A DNA stretch of 64,000 bases, from assembly GCA_043228905.1 (NCBI GenBank), contig JBHGNT010000018.1:8060001-8124000 (forward strand). The letters run 5' to 3'. This DNA is from Azolla caroliniana. Lineage: Eukaryota; Plantae; Polypodiophyta. Made by a program: the position numbers and the translations under genes. The notes beneath the pieces are model-generated. The model did not search any database. It was not told the DNA's origin and saw nothing but the letters and a program-made list of their open reading frames with translations. Of this stretch, positions 62,108 to 64,000 are shown in pieces; positions within the stretch are counted from its first letter, which is position 1; each line of letters begins with the position of its first letter.

Positions 62108-63172
62108 TGTCGTGAAGTACGAAAGCTTCACATTAAAAGTCTACAATAAGATAAATACATAACGAAAATAACATTTGATAATGTTTTATATATAAAGATA
62201 ATATTAACAACACATATGATAATATTATATATATGTAAAGAAAAATAATATATATATATAGATAAATATATTAAACCAATAACCCTACCCTATGACTCTC
62301 AAATCTTACCATTTACTCTATACTAGTAATATACATAAAATAAAGCATACTTTATATATACTTTATATTACATAAAGGATTTGCTTCATGATATAAAAAT
62401 AAAGTTGTATGTTGTATTCAATAGTATTTTGAGACTCGAACCCACAACCTCATACACCAAACTCAACACACCTACCATTAGGCTAGGCCCTTTCTCTTTA
62501 AGAACGTATTTTCATGTTTATTCTTATTGCATATATTGTTTGCTCAAATGAGCGAGATGTTTATCATGCATCACATGCATTTCATCCACTACATGCATGA
62601 CTTGTACCCTCCAATGCATCATATGCATGGGGGCACCTATTTAAATGGTGAAAGAGAAGATCAAAGGGAGATATGTATGAGATATCAATCAAATTATGTA
62701 TTACATAAGAGATACCATAAAAATAGATAAAGAAGGGAAGAAGTTTAACATAAAGGTGGAGCTCTAGCTTGGCGGTCGTGAGTGGTCAACTCTCAACAAG
62801 AGGGAGGTGGTTCAAGCCTTATCTTCATCAAAATATTGAAGTGAAGATTGTAGTGGTCTACGATCAAGAAAGAGAAGAGCGATTACCTTGCAAGACAAAG
62901 TTCGGAGGTTCAACGACGTGCACAATCATTTTGTAACTCTTTCATGAAAATGATTATAAATTTCATACAGTTTCTCATATATTATTTTATATCTTATCTT
63001 GTCTTATCTTATATTCCTTAAAAATCCTATTTTGTCATATCTTATTGATCTCTATTCACTCCATCTCTACTCTTTCGTCTCTTCCGTCCATAATCCCAGT
63101 GATTCCTTCCTCACTTTCACGTTATCCTTTGTTTGCGCAACGCTACGCTTCTAGGCAAGCCACGTCACGACA
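62108..63172 (+). mobile_element. Solo LTR (1065 bp), probably Gypsy
   Basis: Inverted termini TGTCGTGA...TCACGACA. ACGG TSD. Removal restores the host peptide RMTVCMREN. Confidence 0.92.
62425..62490 (-). other. tRNA-like A/B-box cassette in the solo LTR
   Basis: Minus strand reads GGGCCTAGCCTAATGGTAGG...GAGGTTGTGGGTTCGAGTCTC. Confidence 0.7.
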
Positions 63173-64000
63173 ACGGTCTGTATGAGGGAGAATATGCCGT
63201 CTTTTTTCGACTTATAGTCGATTCTCCTTGTAGAGGAGAACCAGGCCGGTGCGTCAACAAGTGCACCCACCGATAGTCAGATGTTGTATACGGAGGTGGA
63301 TCGGCCCCGTGGGCGTGGTGGACGAGGCGGGTCGGCCCGCAATGGTAGCGGCCAGCAAGAGCAGGACCGAAGGCATAAAGAATGTGCCGACCGCAGTTTT
63401 AGACCCTCCACAAGTAGGGGGAGTCAAGGCGGCGCCGAAGGCAGGCAAGCAAAGGCCAACACAGAATGTTGGTATTGTGGTAAACAAGGCCACAAAGAAA
63501 GCGAGTGCTGGAAGAAGCGCGCCGATTCGGACAGATCCGGATCTGGCAAGGCCGGCAGAAAGAACCGGCAATACTCGCACTACGCAAAAGGATCGGGAGG
63601 ATCCAAAACCGGAAAAGCCCGTAAAGGGCCATCCGTGGTGATGAAACATGAGGCTAACTCGATGAAGAAGACCACTTCCAAATCATAGGAAGTGTGGTAC
63701 GTTGATTCCGGTGCATCGAATCACATGACGAGCCACAAAGAGTGGTTCTCTTTCCTAGAGAAACTAGAACAACCGGGAGTTGTCGAAACTGGAGAAACCA
63801 CTCCTCACCCAATCGTGCATGTCGGAGAAGTCCCTTTGACCCAAATCGGACAGAGGGGGAAGCTGATGAACGTATTACACGTTTCAACTGTCACGAAGAA
63901 CCTGGTGTCGGTTGGACAGATTGTCGACTAGCGGATGCAAGTGCGGTTTTCGAGGAAGAGGGCCAAATCATTGCGCAAGGGCGCAGAGACGGGAGAATGG

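Larger units (their letters stand above)
61068..64000 (+). mobile_element. Copia family B element, 5' part (LTR 61068-61526, PBS, gag, PR)
   Basis: TGTTGAG start, ...TTTTACA|TGGTATCAGAG junction, gag from 61609, CWYCGKQGH and VDSGASNH. Confidence 0.9.

Overview
This window is entirely transposable-element sequence from a plant-type eukaryotic genome. The element families suggest a seed-free land plant (inference). No host gene is supported. It is a deeply nested retroelement cluster: several Ty1/Copia elements (family A with ~300-bp LTRs, family B with TGTTGAG-hairpin LTRs, and one intact, very young Tnt1/Tork-like copy at 33596-38903), Ty3/Gypsy elements (an Athila/Tat-like copy with a large extra ORF, a near-complete tRNA-Trp-primed copy at 49371-56434 and a relative, and a chromovirus fragment), a non-autonomous LTR element, solo LTRs, and three LINEs that all sit in (CT)n tracts inside LTRs. 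A 100-N assembly gap lies at 59881-59980. Most interesting signals: (1) two LTR elements with dissimilar LTRs lack a polypurine tract and carry instead a shared copy of a tRNA-Arg 3' end (an inverted second PBS) 2 nt before the 3' LTR; (2) three different LTR families carry an antisense tRNA-like Pol III A/B-box cassette with identical spacing in U3; (3) a -1 frameshift signal placed after the protease; (4) 4-bp ACGG target duplications. All coordinates were read by eye; lineage and tRNA assignments come from recalled consensus and need database confirmation.
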